Assembly: GCA_043228905.1 (NCBI GenBank)
Contig: JBHGNT010000005.1
Coordinates: 22,444,001-22,508,000 of the forward strand
From: Azolla caroliniana
Lineage: Eukaryota > Plantae > Polypodiophyta
DNA: 64,000 nucleotides
Direction of reading: 5' to 3'
The notes under the pieces are model-generated. The model ran no database searches. It was not told where the DNA came from and saw nothing but the letters and a program-made list of their open reading frames with translations. Each line of letters starts with the position of its first letter. The first letter of the stretch is position 1. Both the position numbers and the translations under genes were made by a program. Shown in pieces: positions 61,175-64,000 of the stretch.

Positions 61175-64000
61175 CCGGCGTCACCACCCGAGGGAATCCG
61201 GACAGCCGCTTGTCCACCGGGATATCCCTCATGATCATTTCGGCCCGATAAGCCTCCAAATAACTTGTGGCGTCTTTCCCTCCGAACCAGCCTATAGAGC
61301 TGACAATCGATTCAATGGCTCTGTCGAGGGTTCCCGTCCCCTCATGAGCGCTTACCAGCCGGTCGACGGCTACCGCCATTGCCTCTGCTAGCTCCAATCC
61401 CCTCATCTTTCGACTCCTTTGCCACTGGTTCACGTCGGGTTCACCAAATATGTCGCGTTGTTACGCGTGTGCGCGCAGAAGGGGGCGGGACCACGGGGGT
61501 CTTGGACCGAGGAGCGAGAGAGAGAGAGGGAGAGAGCGAGCGAGAGATTCGCAGACACACGCAGAAGCGAGAAGGAGAGATATAGAACGGAACACTTGAT
61601 TACAATAACAAGAGATTACAAACTCCGACGGTTATAGCCGGCAAGGCGGCGATGGGCCCGACACGGGGACCCTACTCACGCACACAGACGGAACACACTG
61701 GACCCAGAGAAACGCAAAAGGAAAAGCCTCTGCTGGCAGCGCATGGGCTACCCACGAAGCAGAGGCGTCGAACTCCCCGCACCCACAGAGAATGATGGTC
61801 GGAGGAGGAGAGAGAGTTCGGCCCTCGGTCCTGCAGCACTTCGTCCTCCTTAACGCGCGATATCCCCTTTCTCTTCCTTCTCTCCTCTCCTTAAATAGCT
61901 CCCAAAAAGGGGTGCCCCTTTCCCTAGTCAAATTGCTTTATTCCCTATCCCTTCTGACACAGATATGCACTACTTAGTATTTACATCAGTTGATCCATTT
62001 ATGAATCAATATCAAAATATCAATTCATGCGTCCATCTGTGTAAGAGCCGGTTCATGAGCCTTTTTGCCCGAATCCGCCTATGGCCGGTTTTCTTCACGA
62101 CAGCAAATTCCTCCACAAGTTGAAAGGGTAACTTGTTCCACACCTTCCCTATAATGGCACCATCGTACCAAACCCGGACCCCTACATGGCCTCATCCTTA
62201 TTCCGCATCCGTTGAGAAGGGGACTTCCTTCTCGACCTCTATTTGCCTCCTCGACCATCCATGCCTGTGCATCTTCGATAACTCCCTCGAAGGACCCCGA
62301 ATTGTGACCTTCTTGAAGCTCTTTGTCCTCTTCATGCTTATACGACCACCATCACCCGACAAACACTTTAGCCTCGTTGCCTCCCATACATCCGAGTATC
62401 GTGAGCTTAACATTTTTGGGACCCCATCCCCACTCCAATGGTCGACTTCTTCGACCACACTCTCAACGGCTTCCAAACCGTTTCTCGTCCACCCTTCTTT
62501 CGTGTATGTTCATCATCACCTTCGACATTGCCTTTGCCATGAAGCCTTCTTCATCCACCTCCATTCTCCCTTGCCGCCTTTCACGTCGGGTTCACCAAAG
62601 ATGTCACGGTATTCCGCGGGTACGTGTAGGATCTTAGGCGGGACCGCGGGGGTCTTGGACTAGGGAGACGGATGGTGGAGTCCTTAAGCTTTGTAGGCTT
62701 CGGTTCGGAACCGGCTTCCGGCTCCAACGAATGTAGGGTTTCACAAAAGGGCGGTTCACCACGAATAAGGACACAACTCAAATACGTTACAAGGAAGATA
62801 GATATACGCTAACATGAATATATATTACAATAGCTTTACAACAAGACGGGTTACATGCCCCGAATCCGGTGGCTATTACAAAACAATCAGCTAATACATC
62901 AAGACACGAATGGGAACCGACGAAGGCGAGTCAAGTGGCCTGCCGGAACCGCAACATCCACCGTTGGTCACACCCCGAAGACGATGGAGTGTTCCCGTGC
63001 CACTTCGTCCTCCCTTCTTGAACCGGCCGCCATGCAAAACGCTCTCCATCGAGGAAAGGAAACCGAACCTCCAAGTGCCGCCAACGGAGTGCCGAAGAGC
63101 CGCCATTGTAGAAACCCCAAACAAAAACACTAACGCGACCAAGAAGAAGGTAAACCCCAAAACCCCAAGCTCATGAAACCTAGATCACATAAAGAAACCC
63201 GAAACCCTAAATCCCCCATGATCTCTCACAAGATGAAGTAATAAATCTCCACTCAAGAAGAAGGAGTCAAACTCATAAGACAAAGAAGAAGGAAACCCAA
63301 AATGAAACCCTATACGAAATAGGGTGAAAAGACCAAAGTACAAACCCTAAGGGAATAAGAGAAAGATGAAGACCAAGAACTACCAAACCCTAAATCCAAC
63401 GGTATATACCCTCCTAACTCAAAATGGGCTACTCCTTTACAAGGGACCCCTCCCTCCTTTTATTGTCCGAGGGGAGGGCATTACAATGTGGGACAAATAC
63501 GCCCCCTTATTCTATACACCGTTTTCCTACTATAGATGTGCACATGTTGCACATCACCAACTTGCCCATTCCGCCCCGGTTTCACACTATAGCCGGAAAT
63601 CTTAACGACAACGTATTCGGAGAACAACGACGACACCCGGAAAGAGCCTACGACAGGCGAGCGTGGAACGAAGGAAGTCGGTACGAGGTGTTCGGGGTGA
63701 GGAGAAGGTCTAGCCGGAGATGGAACACACGCGGTACGCAAGGAGCGGCATCCGGCGAGCAATCGAAGTAACCAAGGGTCTAACCGGAGGACATGCATGG
63801 CAAGCAAAGGAAGAGAGACCGGATCGGCAATGGTGTTCGGGAGGGCCGATCGAAGAAAAAGGTGCGTGCGGCGGACGTGATGGATCGGATGGGGCCGACG
63901 GGTCGGGGCTGGTAAGGAGCCGGCAAGACGGATAGGCGTCGGCAAGGAACCGGCAAGACGATCGGGTGTCGGGAAGGTGAAGAACCCGGTTGATTACCAT

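Larger units (their letters stand above)
56180..62102 (-). mobile_element. Element D: coding Ty3/Gypsy of the Trp-PBS group, decayed and truncated within integrase
   Basis: 5' LTR 61451-62102; PBS-Trp 61429-61446. Gag from ~61410 is split by a solo LTR. Knuckle CMWCDAIGHIRKDC ~59790-59830; protease ALVDHGSEIN; RT WFTVPKKNG.LRFIQDLQPVN, DLYSGYDQF, LPQG, FLDD; RNase H VTVDTSPTGIG; integrase HESPWAGH...CESCQ. Gypsy domain order. Confidence 0.9.
50735..63610 (-). mobile_element. Element B: sister copy of element A in opposite orientation, with both LTRs
   Basis: 5' LTR 62602-63610; PBS-Trp 62580-62597; PPT GGTGGGGGTGGA at 51684-51695; 3' LTR 50735-51683; perfect 4-bp TSD ACGT (50731-50734 and 63611-63614). 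Confidence 0.87.
46089..64000 (+). mobile_element. Element A: non-autonomous Gypsy-like LTR element (tRNA-Trp PBS) hosting the nest; 3' end lies beyond the window
   Basis: 5' LTR 46089-47087 (TGTCGTGAAGA...CGCGACA); PBS TGGTGAACCCGACGTGAA at 47092-47109. Internal region 47110-49954 has a decayed gag start and tandem repeats. It resumes at 63615, colinear with the sister copy at 51860-52130 (-). Confidence 0.8.

Overview
Land-plant nuclear DNA, probably a fern or other non-seed plant (an inference from the TE-filled introns, microsatellite-tailed LINEs and GC-rich Gypsy nests). It carries three intact spliced genes on the + strand: PEX14 (2402-17335), a clade-D PP2C phosphatase (28114-29641) and a plastid-type HAD hydrolase of the At3g10970 family (33660-38702). 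The rest is mostly retroelements. A deleted Copia with further insertions fills PEX14 intron 3, LINE fragments sit in (AG)/(CT) tracts, one LINE has a fold-back inversion, and a multi-layer LTR nest runs from about 42 kb to the window end. Best leads: (1) a tRNA-Trp-primed Gypsy group with 4-bp target duplications, two members of which sit at the same 4-bp site; (2) a complete -1 frameshift signal (G GAU UUU plus stem-loop) between protease and RT; (3) an LTR element with an inverted copy of its tRNA-Arg PBS where the polypurine tract should be; (4) old degenerate arrays in the first introns of two genes, one rich in W-boxes. All calls were made by eye with no database searches.
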